From positions 1 to 27,820 of the IMG/VR virus record IMGVR_UViG_3300025608_000075: a stretch of 27,820 nucleotides of DNA, one strand, 5' to 3'. Positions 8,546 to 19,447 of the stretch are shown one piece after another. How positions within the stretch are numbered: the stretch's first letter is position 1; every line of letters begins with the position of its first letter. Below the pieces are notes generated by a model, which had not been told where the DNA came from, did no database searches, and saw only the letters and a program-made list of their open reading frames with translations. The DNA is from a virus (lineage: Duplodnaviria > Caudoviricetes). The translations under genes and the position numbers were made by a program.

Positions 8546-9595
8546 TTAATTTAAATTATTTTCCTGTAAAAATTTTTGTGCTTTTGCTTTTTTAGCTTCT
8601 TGTAAATCAAAAATATTAGCGTCTTCAGGGTTTGTAGGTAATTGATTTTCTACAAATTGCTTAAGATAGTTATTCATAAAGTAGTCTTTGTATTTTTTAT
8701 CAAACTCTTTTTGTTTGTCAGGATATAATGGCAAGTCTTCAGTGTAAGACCAGTATTTACCTTCAGATAAGTAAACATTCCAAGCAGCTATAGCCTGTTG
8801 TTCTAAGTTTAGTAAACCAGCAACTTCAGCAGATATAAATGGACTAGCTTTTCTTTCAATTTTATCCATGTCATACTTTAGTATGTTTCTACCTTTACCA
8901 TTACCGATGTCTATAATTTCATAATCAAAACTACCATCTGGGTTTTTAAGCACAAACTCTTCAGATATTTGAGCGCTTGGAGATAACTGTCCATTTTCCA
9001 TAACACTTTCAGAAGCAAACAAACCAATCTTAGTAAGCAGAGACATCATTTCTGATGGTATATCTGGTGTTTCTGCAACTATAGTTGTACCAACATTACT
9101 TAACGCCTGTAGTGATACGCTATTGATTATTAACGGGTACTCAAACATTGGACCGTAAAATGATATCTGTTGCGAACCATCTTGTAGCAGATCTAAATAA
9201 ACATCATAGCCATCAGACTTAGAAAAACCAGGTTTTTCGTTAAGTATACAATTAGCTACGGTATATTCAAAATTATTATTAGGATCAAAACTTTGATTTT
9301 CAGTTATCTGAAGTTGAGATAAAAGTAAAGATAAAAAGTCTAGAGAAGCTTGTGGGGCTTGCTCTAGCATTTTTAATTGATTAATCTCGTATACGCAGCT
9401 GTCTGACTCACAAGTGTTGTTTTCTATAGCTATTTTTAATTTAGCATAAGTTCTAGCTGTGTTAGCAAAAGCTTTGCCTAAAAGATCAAAATTAACATCA
9501 TGACCTTTTGATATAAAATCTTTACTAAAACCAAGCGCATCACTTTGGTTTATTTGCTTTATAGTAAGGTTGTTAATTATATTTTTGTTTTCCAT
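8546..9595 (-). CDS. Acidic hypothetical protein (349 aa), possibly internal virion/ejection protein
   Basis: Clean ORF tightly packed between the pilot-like gene and the giant gene. No recognisable motif; the role is inferred from position only. Confidence 0.6.
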   Translation of the reverse strand: MENKNIINNLTIKQINQSDALGFSKDFISKGHDVNFDLLGKAFANTARTYAKLKIAIENNTCESDSCVYEINQLKMLEQAPQASLDFLSLLLSQLQITENQSFDPNNNFEYTVANCILNEKPGFSKSDGYDVYLDLLQDGSQQISFYGPMFEYPLIINSVSLQALSNVGTTIVAETPDIPSEMMSLLTKIGLFASESVMENGQLSPSAQISEEFVLKNPDGSFDYEIIDIGNGKGRNILKYDMDKIERKASPFISAEVAGLLNLEQQAIAAWNVYLSEGKYWSYTEDLPLYPDKQKEFDKKYKDYFMNNYLKQFVENQLPTNPEDANIFDLQEAKKAKAQKFLQENNLN

Positions 9596-9608
9596 TTTTT
9601 AATATTTA

Positions 9609-10331
9609 TTAATCACCTCCACCGAAAAGAGCTCCAGCCATGCTACCAATACCACCAATTGCACCCATAGTTGCAGATGTTGCATCTGCTTGTGCTTTAG
9701 CTTGATCTTGTCTAGCAGCTTCTAATTGACCTCTAACATAGTTTATTTGATCTTGCTCTCTATTTTCTGTCATTTGCATCTCAATAGTCTTACCTTGGGC
9801 TTGAGCCATTTGAGCTCTACCACCTTCAGATATTTGTATGTTTTGCAGTCTTGCTTGTTGAGCAACTTGAGCTTGCTCCATTTGCTGCTCTCCTTGCGCT
9901 CTCATTTTTTCATTTTGAGCTTCTTGAGATTCAATACTAGCAGAAACACCTTGTTTGCTTTTTAAAGCTGCATTAGCTAAAGCGGTTGCACCACCAGCAC
10001 CTGCGCCAGTAGCTCTTAACGTGTCTAATGTGTTAGCTAAAGATATATCAGCTTGTTCTATTTGCATTTCAGCCGCTTGAGTAGCAACACTTAGGTTTGC
10101 AAATGGATTAGATATTTGATCAGACAAATCAGTTGCTAAGCCTGCTAAACTAGTTACACCGGCATAAGGATTAACAATCTCTTGTCTGTTTTTTTCTAAA
10201 CTTCTAAGTTGGCCTTGAAGCCTGCGTCTTTCTGCTTCAGCGGCTCTAGCGGCAGCTTTAGCTTTTGATCCGCCAAACAAGCTACCAATTATTTTGGTAC
10301 CTGCGCCTATTACTGCTCCTGTTATTGGCAT
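9609..10331 (-). CDS. Putative DNA ejection/pilot protein (240 aa)
   Basis: Gly/Ala-rich hydrophobic termini (GAVIGAGTKIIGSLFGG; MGAIGGIGSMAGALFGG) flank a Gln/Ala-rich coiled coil. This is typical of podovirus ejection proteins of the P22 gp7 / T7 gp14 type. Confidence 0.7.
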   Translation of the reverse strand: MPITGAVIGAGTKIIGSLFGGSKAKAAARAAEAERRRLQGQLRSLEKNRQEIVNPYAGVTSLAGLATDLSDQISNPFANLSVATQAAEMQIEQADISLANTLDTLRATGAGAGGATALANAALKSKQGVSASIESQEAQNEKMRAQGEQQMEQAQVAQQARLQNIQISEGGRAQMAQAQGKTIEMQMTENREQDQINYVRGQLEAARQDQAKAQADATSATMGAIGGIGSMAGALFGGGD

Positions 10332-10349
10332 AATTTTATATTTTTAATT

Positions 10350-11807
10350 TTAATATCCATTTGAAAATGTATAATTTGATCCTACCATAAATAATTCTTT
10401 ATATCTACCTGGTTCTGTGACTGTATCTGTAGACATTTTAACTACAGCATAATAACCTTTTATACCAGATATTTGATTTCCAAAAACTATTTCACCTTCA
10501 GAAACCGGCGTATTATTAACTACATTTGCACAATATTTATTTTCTTTTCTATCAAAACCTACTCTAAATATAGGTTGAACCGTTGCTGAAGTACCTGTGT
10601 TTGGAGGTACAGCAGAATCATAAGCGCCTTCAGTATAACTCAGTACGTTATTTGTTTTGTCAAAAACATAAGGATTTATAATGTTTGAAGAGCTTGGCCC
10701 TGTTTCATCTGAAACAAAAGAGTCAACTTGCCAACCATTAGTACCTTCGTAAGATATTGTGTTAAACACTTTAGAGTTTCCAGGTCTTGGATTAAAAACA
10801 AATGTTACTTCAGAAGCATTGCTTGTGTTGTAAAATTGGTTATAAGGAACGTTTGTAGAGTTGTGCAAATATAAACCATCTCCGAACGTTGTATAATGAT
10901 TATTCTTTAAGCTAAAAGATTGACTTGGTTTGTAAGAGTACCTACTTATCCAGCCTCTAGCAGATTCATCGTAAGATAAAGTGTTGTAAGAAATATTTGG
11001 ACTAGAAGGTTGTATAGAAACAATGTAATCTTTATTGTATATATCAAAGCCTCCTAGTATTTTTCCTTTACCAAAATTAACAGAATCAACACTTACTATT
11101 TTATTTCTAAAGAAAGATCTCATACCAGTAGCTGATATTTCTGTCAAACCATCAGCGCCTAATCTCATGACACTGTTTTGATATGAGTCTACAAAATATT
11201 TATTATAACCATATACAGCAAAACTTTCAGGGTGATTACCAATACCGTAATTTCCACCATATGGTACTATTTGACCAATTACAGTCGTAAAAGAACTAAC
11301 AGGCAAGCCTCCACCTTCAGCTGAATATATAGCGTCTTTATCTATCAATGCTCTACTAACTTTAGATTCTTGAAATATAATTAAGTTAGTATCTTCAGCA
11401 TAAAGCTTTTGTATAGAACCATTTGCTGGGTCTAAGCTTTTTGTTATATTCTCGCTAACGCTGAATACATTAGTTTGATTTATACCTGTTCTAGAGTTGT
11501 ATATACCTGAGTATATCATAGAGTTTAACCTAAAATTAGCATTAGGTTCTTCTTCTACTAAATAAGCTCTAACGCCATAATCCGTAGAAGTATTATTGTA
11601 ACCGCCTCTAATTCTAGCTTCTTCAACAAACCAACTAGTATCCCGATCTACAGGGTTGCTAACATCGTCATAAGCAGGAAAACCACCTATTGATTCAGGT
11701 ATACCAAAAGAGCCATTCCATACTGGTTTTGTAGTAGTAGAAGCTGCTGTTGCAGATTTTTTTAAAACAAAACTGTTAAAGTATTTTACTTCAATTATAG
11801 CTGCCAT
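10350..11807 (-). CDS. Tail tubular/stabilization-type structural protein (485 aa)
   Basis: Beta-rich, propeller-like sequence (SIQKLYAEDTNLIIFQESKV; YGIGNHPESFAVYG; GWISRYSYKP) in the tail module. It resembles the P22 gp10 / T7 gp12-like proteins of crAss-like phages. Confidence 0.65.
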   Translation of the reverse strand: MAAIIEVKYFNSFVLKKSATAASTTTKPVWNGSFGIPESIGGFPAYDDVSNPVDRDTSWFVEEARIRGGYNNTSTDYGVRAYLVEEEPNANFRLNSMIYSGIYNSRTGINQTNVFSVSENITKSLDPANGSIQKLYAEDTNLIIFQESKVSRALIDKDAIYSAEGGGLPVSSFTTVIGQIVPYGGNYGIGNHPESFAVYGYNKYFVDSYQNSVMRLGADGLTEISATGMRSFFRNKIVSVDSVNFGKGKILGGFDIYNKDYIVSIQPSSPNISYNTLSYDESARGWISRYSYKPSQSFSLKNNHYTTFGDGLYLHNSTNVPYNQFYNTSNASEVTFVFNPRPGNSKVFNTISYEGTNGWQVDSFVSDETGPSSSNIINPYVFDKTNNVLSYTEGAYDSAVPPNTGTSATVQPIFRVGFDRKENKYCANVVNNTPVSEGEIVFGNQISGIKGYYAVVKMSTDTVTEPGRYKELFMVGSNYTFSNGY

Positions 11808-11841
11808 ATATATTATTACTTTTTTTTATTAAATTTTACTA

Positions 11842-14800
11842 TTAACTAGGATCACAAAATCTAATTTGAACTTTCGCTGTAGCTGTTTGCAGCGGAAGAA
11901 CGTCTGCATTTATTTGTAGTGTTATTTTATAGTTGCTAAAATATCCTTGATTAAATATATAATCATTTAAATCATAAGTATTAGTTTGTGGTATATTTCC
12001 AAAACCAGTAAAATTTTCTACATTAAAAATTTGAGAATTTGTTTGACCAGTGTTAGGGTCTGTAGCGTTTATTCTACATTTAATAGTAACTAAGCCTGTA
12101 TAAGTACCTGCAATTCTATCTAATATAACTTGCATTTTAGCGTCGTTAGATGGAGAAGCAAAACTACCTTCCCATTCAACTATATAATCATCTTCTTGAT
12201 ATACTTGTGATGGCTCTGGTGATGAAAATATTTGTTGTCCATAATTAATTGGATTCGAATTAAAAGGCGTCGCGCTTGGCGGGTAGGTTGGACAAAAATC
12301 TATTATAGAAATTTGATTGTCCCATTCTATTTCTGGACTATCTCTAAAAACAAAAGTAGCATAGCAATACGCGCTTTGACCAGCTCCATCATAAGCTCTA
12401 ATTTGAACCTGATAAGGAACCATTGTTACAACATTATTTTCAGCTATTAAAAGTCTATCAACTGATGTTCCAGTTGTGTTTTGCTCAGGCGTGCTTAACG
12501 TAAAATAAGAATTTATTTGGTTTTCAGGTATTTCAACCCAACCTTCGCTACCACCTGTAGAGTAAGAAGGAAGATTAAATACACTTACTATTTCAATATC
12601 TAAATCAACTTTTTGTAAATCAATAGTTGAAGATCCATTAGCTCCGCTTATAGTGGCTATCTCTCTAGTATCTCCAATAACTCCAGTAGTTGATAAATAG
12701 CTAGTATCAATTGACTCGCCAACAAAAGACGTTTCACCGCTTGTAACGGCTGGGCCACATAAATCTGTTGTTGTTTTATTTACAAAAACACCTAAAGGCG
12801 CTGGTGATAATGCTGGTGGTATATTTTCTAAATCTCTATTTAAAGGTATAATAACATCCGCTCCTGCGTTTGTGTTTCCAAAAACAAGATTAAATATAAA
12901 ATCATTTTTAGGGCTACCTGGAGGTCCTAAGTATACTAGACCTGGAGCGTCATTACCTGCAGGTTTTTTAAGTTTTATTCTAAAACTACCTAGTGTTATA
13001 GTAGGATCTATACTATTGTCTACTATTTCAAATATATCCGTAAAAGGAACTCCATCAGGGTTTGAATCTATAACAATACCGTTTTCATCTATAGTTATTA
13101 TACTATTATCTTGAGCAAAAACACATGTATTATCAGCAATAGGCAGTATAGGTGTTCCATCTAGTTTAACTGGTCTAAACTCCTCAGTAATGTAAGATCC
13201 AGCTGCTAAACCTTCTGTCATAAGGTTAGCACCGCCTTTTATGCTGTAAAACTGATTAGGAGCTCCACCTTCGTCTATAGCCTTGTTTAAATCTTCTATC
13301 GTACCGCTTGTTGAAGTTTCGTAGTATATATCTAAGGCAGACACTACTGGTTCTATTTCATAAACATTTAAAGCTGGCAAACCTTGGTATTGAGCCTCAT
13401 ATGTTCCTGACGCATCTATCTGAACACCAAATTTTTTCTGCGTAGTTATTCTAGCTACTAAAGAACTCGAGTCTGGAAAAGAACTTGAAGTTCCACTAAC
13501 ATAATCAAAGTTGTAAAATAAATAACCTGGACTAGTACCTGTAACAAGTGTTTTAAATTGCTCGTAATTAAACAAATCTTTTATAGTTGCTACATTAGAA
13601 GCTATATCAGCTGTTTTTGAAGGATAAAATATTTCATTTGTTGTATTGAAAGCAGTAACTCCACTTAATTCATAAACCCCGTCTGAACTAGATGTAACTC
13701 TACCAAACAATCTAACACTACTTCTAAAATCTCTTTGAGCTGGACCAACTTCTGTTAAATCTCTAGGTATTTTATTTATATTATCATTTGTTAATATAAT
13801 ATGAGATGTAACCTCTAATTCTTTCTCTCTATCTTCTAGCACTGGATAACAAGCCATTGAAGACGGAATATAAGCATTATAATATTCTTGCTGCGTTTGT
13901 TTTACTACAACTTTAAAAGAATACCAACCTAACGGGTTATAACTAGATGACGATGCATCTCCATTGTATAAACCAGGCGTTCCTAGTAAATCGTTTTTAG
14001 TACTTTGTATAAAATCATTAAACTGTATTTTTAATGAGTTTCCATCAAAGTTTCCTGTACCACCTATTGGAGCATTTTCATTAGGACCTCTATAAGGTGA
14101 ATATATACTAGACGCTAAAAAAGGGTTAAAACTATATAAACTTTGTTTAGAAAACAATATAGTTGATTGTCTACCGAATCTATCAGCTAAAACAACACCT
14201 ACTTCAAAGTCTCTATTTTGTTTTAAAGTAGAGTTTGGATATTCTACTATACTAGTTTTAGAGTCTACGTTGTTATCAGATATAAAAAAAGTATCATTTT
14301 TAGGAGATGCACCTAAAGTAAAATCTAAAAAACTAGGTGGAGTATGCTTGTCTTGGTAATTACCATATATAACTCTATTGCTAGAAACTTCTTGGCTTAA
14401 TGCTTTTACTGGAACTTTATCAAAAACTCTTGTTGTTTCTTTTTCTGGTAAAGTTTTAAATGGCGCTTTAGAACCATACTCATACTCATAATTGAATTGA
14501 TCACCTGTTATATTGTTCGCTACGGGTATTGTTTCTACAACTTTAATAGCGGTCTTATCAGATTCTCTATATACTATTTCTAATTCTGTTATTTTGTATT
14601 CTGAAGTTAAGTCATTAGCTTTACAAGGCAATGGTATATTTAAATATATCTTATTAGCCTTATTTTCCATAAAAGAAACTTCTGTACTTTTATATGTGTT
14701 CTGCTCGTCACTTATGTCGTTATCATCGCCTCCAGATTTTTCACCAACAAGTCTGTCTAAAAAATAACCATCTTGCTTTGGTATAAAACAAGGTTGTGTA

Positions 14801-16533
14801 AAAGGAGCAATTAAAGAATATTCACCGTCGTCTAGTTTATACCTATACGAAAACCTAACAAATTTATCAGATAAAAAGTCAATACTTGAGTTGCTTGCAA
14901 AATCTGCATCATAGTATGGATTAGCTATAGCGAAGCGAACTTTGTCTGTAGCGCTTAAAGTAGGAGTAGTAGTAGTACATGTTATATCAAAAGAGTTTGC
15001 GTTTTCAACAACTGAAGAAACTACGCCACCTGTTGGATTAAAGGTTCCTGCTGGATCTTCTATATATATAGTATGACCTATTATATCAGTGGTTCCATTA
15101 TATCCAACTTTAGCAACCGTAAAGCTAGTTGGTGTGGGTGCAGGTAAACCTACAACTTTAGAATCTGCAAAACTAGGTAAAAATTCACTAGCAGCATCTT
15201 GCATAGACGACTCAGCTTGAACAAACTCTATAGCTGTGCCAGCGGTTAATGTTTGAGGCTGGTTAACAGTTATGCTTGTAGGCCAGTTTATTTCTGTAAC
15301 AAAAGTTCCAGGTAAAACACCAGTACCAATAATACCTAGTGTCTGTGTTAAAGTCCCAGATGTGGTTGCTAATGTTATTATTTGGCTATTATTAATAGCA
15401 TCTGTTGTAGCTGAAACAGGTGTAGTAGTTAAATCTGCTTCGGCTTGACTTGGTCTATATAATTGTATTGACTGGTAAGGATAGTACTTAGCTACAGAAA
15501 TTTGATCTTCTGTAGTGTAGTAACCAGGATTTCTATTTACGTTTACTTTTCTAGGTTGATTTCTATTATCTGTAAAAAATAAAAGTTGTTCTATTATGTT
15601 AACACCAGTTATAGACGCTTGAGTAGAGAAATTAAGCCAAGAACCTTCGGCTATTATTTTAAAGCTACTAGATATGTTAGGATTTAAAGAAACAATAGCA
15701 CTATATGAAGGTAGTAAAGAGTCTATTGTAAACTCACAAGATGTTGTGCCTCCGTCTACTGATAAAACATCTCCAATTTCATAACCTCCGCCAAAGTTTG
15801 TTATTCTAAGAAAAGTTATTTGACCTCCACTTACAACAGCGGAAACAGTCATTTCTTTTCCATTACCGCTACCAGATACATAGCTAGTAGTTCCAACTAT
15901 TGGAGCTGTATAACCAGCGCCTTGATTAGTTATAGTTATAGGTCCTTGTACAGATGATACTCGTATGCTAGCGTTATTATCACCGCCATTGATCTGAAGT
16001 TGATCACCTACTACATAGCCAGTTCCTGGGTTAGTTATGACAACATTTGTTATAACGCCAGCCACAGCAGTTGTAGTTAATCTCATTCCAGTACCAACAC
16101 CACCTAAAGAAGTTGTTGTTACATTTGTATCAGAAGTATAACCTGTTCCACCTCCTATAATAGTAGCGCCAATATTATCGCTATCTTGATCGCTTGGATA
16201 AGAGCTAGCTTTTCCTACAGCTCCAGTAGGCACATACGGCTGCAATGTATTGTTTGTTATAAAAGCAAAAATAGTATTAGTATTGTCATCTGGTAATGCG
16301 CCTATAACGTTTAAACCTTTTAAATTGCCAGGTATAATAGAAGAAAAATCAGCAATTTTTTCATTACCTAAAACATTTTGAATTGTTCCAACGTTTCCTT
16401 CAGCTGAACCATCTCCTTGAGATTTATTTATAGAAACATTAACAGCGTCCCTGTATTCACCATTAGGCACTAATCTATCATCAAGATCTTTATTCATCTT
16501 GGATTTTAGAAAACTATTTTTAACTTCTGCCAT
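11842..16533 (-). CDS. Large tail structural (nozzle/stabilization-like) protein with inserted repeat domains (1563 aa)
   Basis: N-terminal MNKDLDDRLVPNGEYRDAVNV, LLFFTDNRNQPRKVN and NRVIYGNY are motifs I associate with crAss-like tail stabilization proteins. It also has Thr/Gly-rich inserted beta domains. Confidence 0.7.
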   Translation of the reverse strand: MAEVKNSFLKSKMNKDLDDRLVPNGEYRDAVNVSINKSQGDGSAEGNVGTIQNVLGNEKIADFSSIIPGNLKGLNVIGALPDDNTNTIFAFITNNTLQPYVPTGAVGKASSYPSDQDSDNIGATIIGGGTGYTSDTNVTTTSLGGVGTGMRLTTTAVAGVITNVVITNPGTGYVVGDQLQINGGDNNASIRVSSVQGPITITNQGAGYTAPIVGTTSYVSGSGNGKEMTVSAVVSGGQITFLRITNFGGGYEIGDVLSVDGGTTSCEFTIDSLLPSYSAIVSLNPNISSSFKIIAEGSWLNFSTQASITGVNIIEQLLFFTDNRNQPRKVNVNRNPGYYTTEDQISVAKYYPYQSIQLYRPSQAEADLTTTPVSATTDAINNSQIITLATTSGTLTQTLGIIGTGVLPGTFVTEINWPTSITVNQPQTLTAGTAIEFVQAESSMQDAASEFLPSFADSKVVGLPAPTPTSFTVAKVGYNGTTDIIGHTIYIEDPAGTFNPTGGVVSSVVENANSFDITCTTTTPTLSATDKVRFAIANPYYDADFASNSSIDFLSDKFVRFSYRYKLDDGEYSLIAPFTQPCFIPKQDGYFLDRLVGEKSGGDDNDISDEQNTYKSTEVSFMENKANKIYLNIPLPCKANDLTSEYKITELEIVYRESDKTAIKVVETIPVANNITGDQFNYEYEYGSKAPFKTLPEKETTRVFDKVPVKALSQEVSSNRVIYGNYQDKHTPPSFLDFTLGASPKNDTFFISDNNVDSKTSIVEYPNSTLKQNRDFEVGVVLADRFGRQSTILFSKQSLYSFNPFLASSIYSPYRGPNENAPIGGTGNFDGNSLKIQFNDFIQSTKNDLLGTPGLYNGDASSSSYNPLGWYSFKVVVKQTQQEYYNAYIPSSMACYPVLEDREKELEVTSHIILTNDNINKIPRDLTEVGPAQRDFRSSVRLFGRVTSSSDGVYELSGVTAFNTTNEIFYPSKTADIASNVATIKDLFNYEQFKTLVTGTSPGYLFYNFDYVSGTSSSFPDSSSLVARITTQKKFGVQIDASGTYEAQYQGLPALNVYEIEPVVSALDIYYETSTSGTIEDLNKAIDEGGAPNQFYSIKGGANLMTEGLAAGSYITEEFRPVKLDGTPILPIADNTCVFAQDNSIITIDENGIVIDSNPDGVPFTDIFEIVDNSIDPTITLGSFRIKLKKPAGNDAPGLVYLGPPGSPKNDFIFNLVFGNTNAGADVIIPLNRDLENIPPALSPAPLGVFVNKTTTDLCGPAVTSGETSFVGESIDTSYLSTTGVIGDTREIATISGANGSSTIDLQKVDLDIEIVSVFNLPSYSTGGSEGWVEIPENQINSYFTLSTPEQNTTGTSVDRLLIAENNVVTMVPYQVQIRAYDGAGQSAYCYATFVFRDSPEIEWDNQISIIDFCPTYPPSATPFNSNPINYGQQIFSSPEPSQVYQEDDYIVEWEGSFASPSNDAKMQVILDRIAGTYTGLVTIKCRINATDPNTGQTNSQIFNVENFTGFGNIPQTNTYDLNDYIFNQGYFSNYKITLQINADVLPLQTATAKVQIRFCDPS

Positions 16534-16539
16534 TTAATT

Positions 16540-17754
16540 TTAGTGTTTTATCCATTTAGATTTACCTCGCATAACTTGAACTATTTCAGTAAGTTTAATG
16601 TTAGATAATCTAATTTTAGCATTTCTTAGTTTAGAGCTTTTATCTCTTCTTAGTCTTTGTACTAAATACTCTGGTTGATTTGCTCTAGTAGATACTATGT
16701 AATGTAGTATAGAAGCGTATAGAGCTTCTTCTGCAAGCTTAGGCACTTTAGTGTCTTTATCGTAAGCTAAACCATCAGATATATACTCTAAAACAATTAA
16801 CTTATCTACTAAATCACTAGAAAAAGACATCTTGCCTTCTCTCTCGTCTATTGTAAAATAACCATTAACGTTAGCATACTGCGGGTCTGTTCCGTAAAAC
16901 TGACCTAAGTTCCAGTTGCCGTTATAACCATAAGCTTCGCTAAAGTATGCCCAATCATCTAAATCAAAATCATTATTTAGAATATCGGTGTTCATGCTAT
17001 CAAATCTTTCTTTTGTTATAGAAGTACCTTCTATATTTTCACCAAAGTTATCTTGAGTAGGAATACCTTTGTTGTCTTGTATAGGTGTATTGTAAGGTAT
17101 GGTTGTTAAGTTGTTTGTAGGAAATATAGGTCTTTTTACACCATACTGGTCAATCCAAGATACTTTAACATAATTAACGTAATCTTGAGGTAAAACTATA
17201 TTTAAACTAGCTGGTATTGTAAGCTCTTGAGAGTGTATGCTTTTAAGTGTATCGTAGCTAAATTCTTGTAGAGATCTTTTAGCAAAAAACAATACATCTG
17301 ATTTTTTAGCTTTCTGTATAATTTTTCCATCACCGACATAACCAACCATAAAGTTATCTATAACATCGTTTAATGTTATATAACTATAACTACCGTAGTT
17401 ATCTTCAACAGTATCACCTACAGCTTCTTCACTTGGCGTGTTAGCGTAGTTTCCACCGTCTAATTTTTTAAGTTGAACAACAATAAAGTCTAAATCATCT
17501 GGAGCTGTTACAAACGTTATAATATTATTTTTTACAGAATACTCAGAAGTATACTCGCTCCAAGAACCTGGTAGACCAGTTGAGCTAGTGTATATTTTAA
17601 AGTTATTTAAAGTATAATTTATATCATTAGGGTCATAACTTCCAAAAACTAAATTAGTATCAAAAGTAGTAGTAAAGTTTACTTCTGATCCATCACCTCT
17701 AAAGCCTTGAGCGCCTTGATAATATTGTTGGTTTGTTTCTGTTATTAGACTCAT
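16540..17754 (-). CDS. Putative tail ring/adaptor structural protein (404 aa)
   Basis: LPQDYVNYVKVSW and LEYISDG motifs and a basic helical C-terminus. It lies between the head and tail genes. Confidence 0.6.
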   Translation of the reverse strand: MSLITETNQQYYQGAQGFRGDGSEVNFTTTFDTNLVFGSYDPNDINYTLNNFKIYTSSTGLPGSWSEYTSEYSVKNNIITFVTAPDDLDFIVVQLKKLDGGNYANTPSEEAVGDTVEDNYGSYSYITLNDVIDNFMVGYVGDGKIIQKAKKSDVLFFAKRSLQEFSYDTLKSIHSQELTIPASLNIVLPQDYVNYVKVSWIDQYGVKRPIFPTNNLTTIPYNTPIQDNKGIPTQDNFGENIEGTSITKERFDSMNTDILNNDFDLDDWAYFSEAYGYNGNWNLGQFYGTDPQYANVNGYFTIDEREGKMSFSSDLVDKLIVLEYISDGLAYDKDTKVPKLAEEALYASILHYIVSTRANQPEYLVQRLRRDKSSKLRNAKIRLSNIKLTEIVQVMRGKSKWIKH

Positions 17755-17758
17755 TTAG

Positions 17759-18523
17759 TTATGATTTTTCGTTTATTTGAACAGCTTGACTTTCTTGTTC
17801 AGCTACTTGAATTATAGTAGGATCATTTACAACAATACCAAAATATTTCAATATGTTAATTATTAAATTTGTTTGTTCTGATATATCTAATTGAAAATCT
17901 ACTGAGTTATTTGCTGAATATATATATTGACCAACAGAGCCAACAGTAAAATTCCAATTTGGAGAAGTTGGGTTTAATAAACAACTAGCCACAACATTTC
18001 CAGAAGTTGAAGATGTCCAAGGCGATACTTTTAAAGCTAACCTATTAGTTAAAGATGTAGGTGTTGCGTTTGTAGTTATAAAAAGTGGGTATTGTTTAGT
18101 TGGAGTTGTAAGCTTTGATCTTGTTATTTTTTCAAAATCTCTTTTATCAGATAATTGAGCTATAGACTCATATTTAGGCTGACCATCGTAAGTTACCACA
18201 ACTTCACCTATTTTATATATGCTTGAAGAGGTTGCGTTATAAAAAGAATTATTAGCGACGTCATATGTAAATGTTATATCCTTTTTAAAAGGGAATAACT
18301 TATATTCTACATCTTCATACATATTAAAAAACTCTGTGTCGTTTTCAGAGTTATTTTGATTTTTTCTATTCTGTTGGTTTCCATTTGGAAAGTAAGAATT
18401 GAATATTTCTTTTTGCACTAAATCAGCAATACTGTTAAACTCAGAAGGAGTTACATAACCTCTTTGCTCTTTGTTTAATATGTACAAGACTGTTGTGTAT
18501 ACTGTGTTTACGCTTACTGCCAT
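17759..18523 (-). CDS. Putative head-tail connector/ring protein (254 aa)
   Basis: N-terminal LNKEQRGYVTPSEFN motif; first gene after the head-module terminator. Function is inferred from synteny. Confidence 0.6.
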   Translation of the reverse strand: MAVSVNTVYTTVLYILNKEQRGYVTPSEFNSIADLVQKEIFNSYFPNGNQQNRKNQNNSENDTEFFNMYEDVEYKLFPFKKDITFTYDVANNSFYNATSSSIYKIGEVVVTYDGQPKYESIAQLSDKRDFEKITRSKLTTPTKQYPLFITTNATPTSLTNRLALKVSPWTSSTSGNVVASCLLNPTSPNWNFTVGSVGQYIYSANNSVDFQLDISEQTNLIINILKYFGIVVNDPTIIQVAEQESQAVQINEKS

Positions 18524-18545
18524 TTTATATTTTTATATAAATACT

Positions 18546-18567
18546 AAAAAGGCGGCCGAAACCGCCT
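18546..18567 (-). terminator. Rho-independent terminator
   Basis: The minus strand reads AGGCGGT-TTCG-GCCGCCT-TTTT: a GC-rich stem with a UUCG loop followed by a U-tract, about 20 nt after the stop of 18589..19419. Confidence 0.85.
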
Positions 18568-18588
18568 GTATATTAGTATCACTTGTTT

Positions 18589-19419
18589 TTATAGTTTTTT
18601 CTCTATAGATTTAAAAACCTCTACGCCTTCATCTGTCTTTAAAAAAGCAGCAAACGCTGAGTATGGATTTTCATCAAATGGTACGTTCATTAATTTTCTA
18701 CCATTTGCTCCCCATGTAAATGTTCTTTGATCTTGAGATAATTTTATAACACCAGCTTCAGAAGCTCTTATAGCTAAGTTTCTAAGCTGAACATTATCAT
18801 CATTTGCTAATTCAATAAACAACTGTGGGTTATTTCTAGCGAACAAAAGTAAGTCTCTTTTAAGTTCTTTAGAGCTCATTTTTGTAACAGTCGAACCTAA
18901 CTCAACCCTTAGTATAGCCTCAGCGAAATCAATATCCATTTCTCTAGCTAAATTAAGCGCGTCGATCTGCATATCTAAAATACCTAATTCATCTTGAGCA
19001 ACTACAACAGGGTTGTATTCTATATATAGTTTGTCTTTAGCTGGATGGTAAATAGATAATAGCTTTTGTAAATTTTGTTTTTCTTTAGGAACGAATAAAG
19101 TTCCTTCTTTAAATATAACATGCCCAAGCGTTGCTTCTCCTTTTTGTTCACTTTTAAGTGGAGAAGTTTGGTTAGTAGCATATCTTATTTCATACTGTTG
19201 ACCACTATCTTTATCAAACCAAAGTAAAGGATGTTTTGAAGTGTGTTTACAGTTTAATGTATGAGTTAAAGGTGTTTTTCTACCTTTTAAAAAATAAGTT
19301 CTATCTTTTATTTCCCAGCTTGGTTTTGCTGGCTTTACTTCTTTTTTTGGCGCAGCTTTTAATGCTACTTCTTGAGGTGCAACCTCAACAGTTTCTTCTG
19401 CTTTAGCTTTTTTAGCCAT
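18589..19419 (-). CDS. Conserved phage protein downstream of major capsid, probably head-associated (276 aa)
   Basis: Clean ORF with a Lys/Ala/Glu/Pro-rich N-terminus, lying between the capsid gene and the terminator. Confidence 0.7.
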   Translation of the reverse strand: MAKKAKAEETVEVAPQEVALKAAPKKEVKPAKPSWEIKDRTYFLKGRKTPLTHTLNCKHTSKHPLLWFDKDSGQQYEIRYATNQTSPLKSEQKGEATLGHVIFKEGTLFVPKEKQNLQKLLSIYHPAKDKLYIEYNPVVVAQDELGILDMQIDALNLAREMDIDFAEAILRVELGSTVTKMSSKELKRDLLLFARNNPQLFIELANDDNVQLRNLAIRASEAGVIKLSQDQRTFTWGANGRKLMNVPFDENPYSAFAAFLKTDEGVEVFKSIEKKL

Positions 19420-19447
19420 AATATAATAAAATTAAATAGTTAATAAT

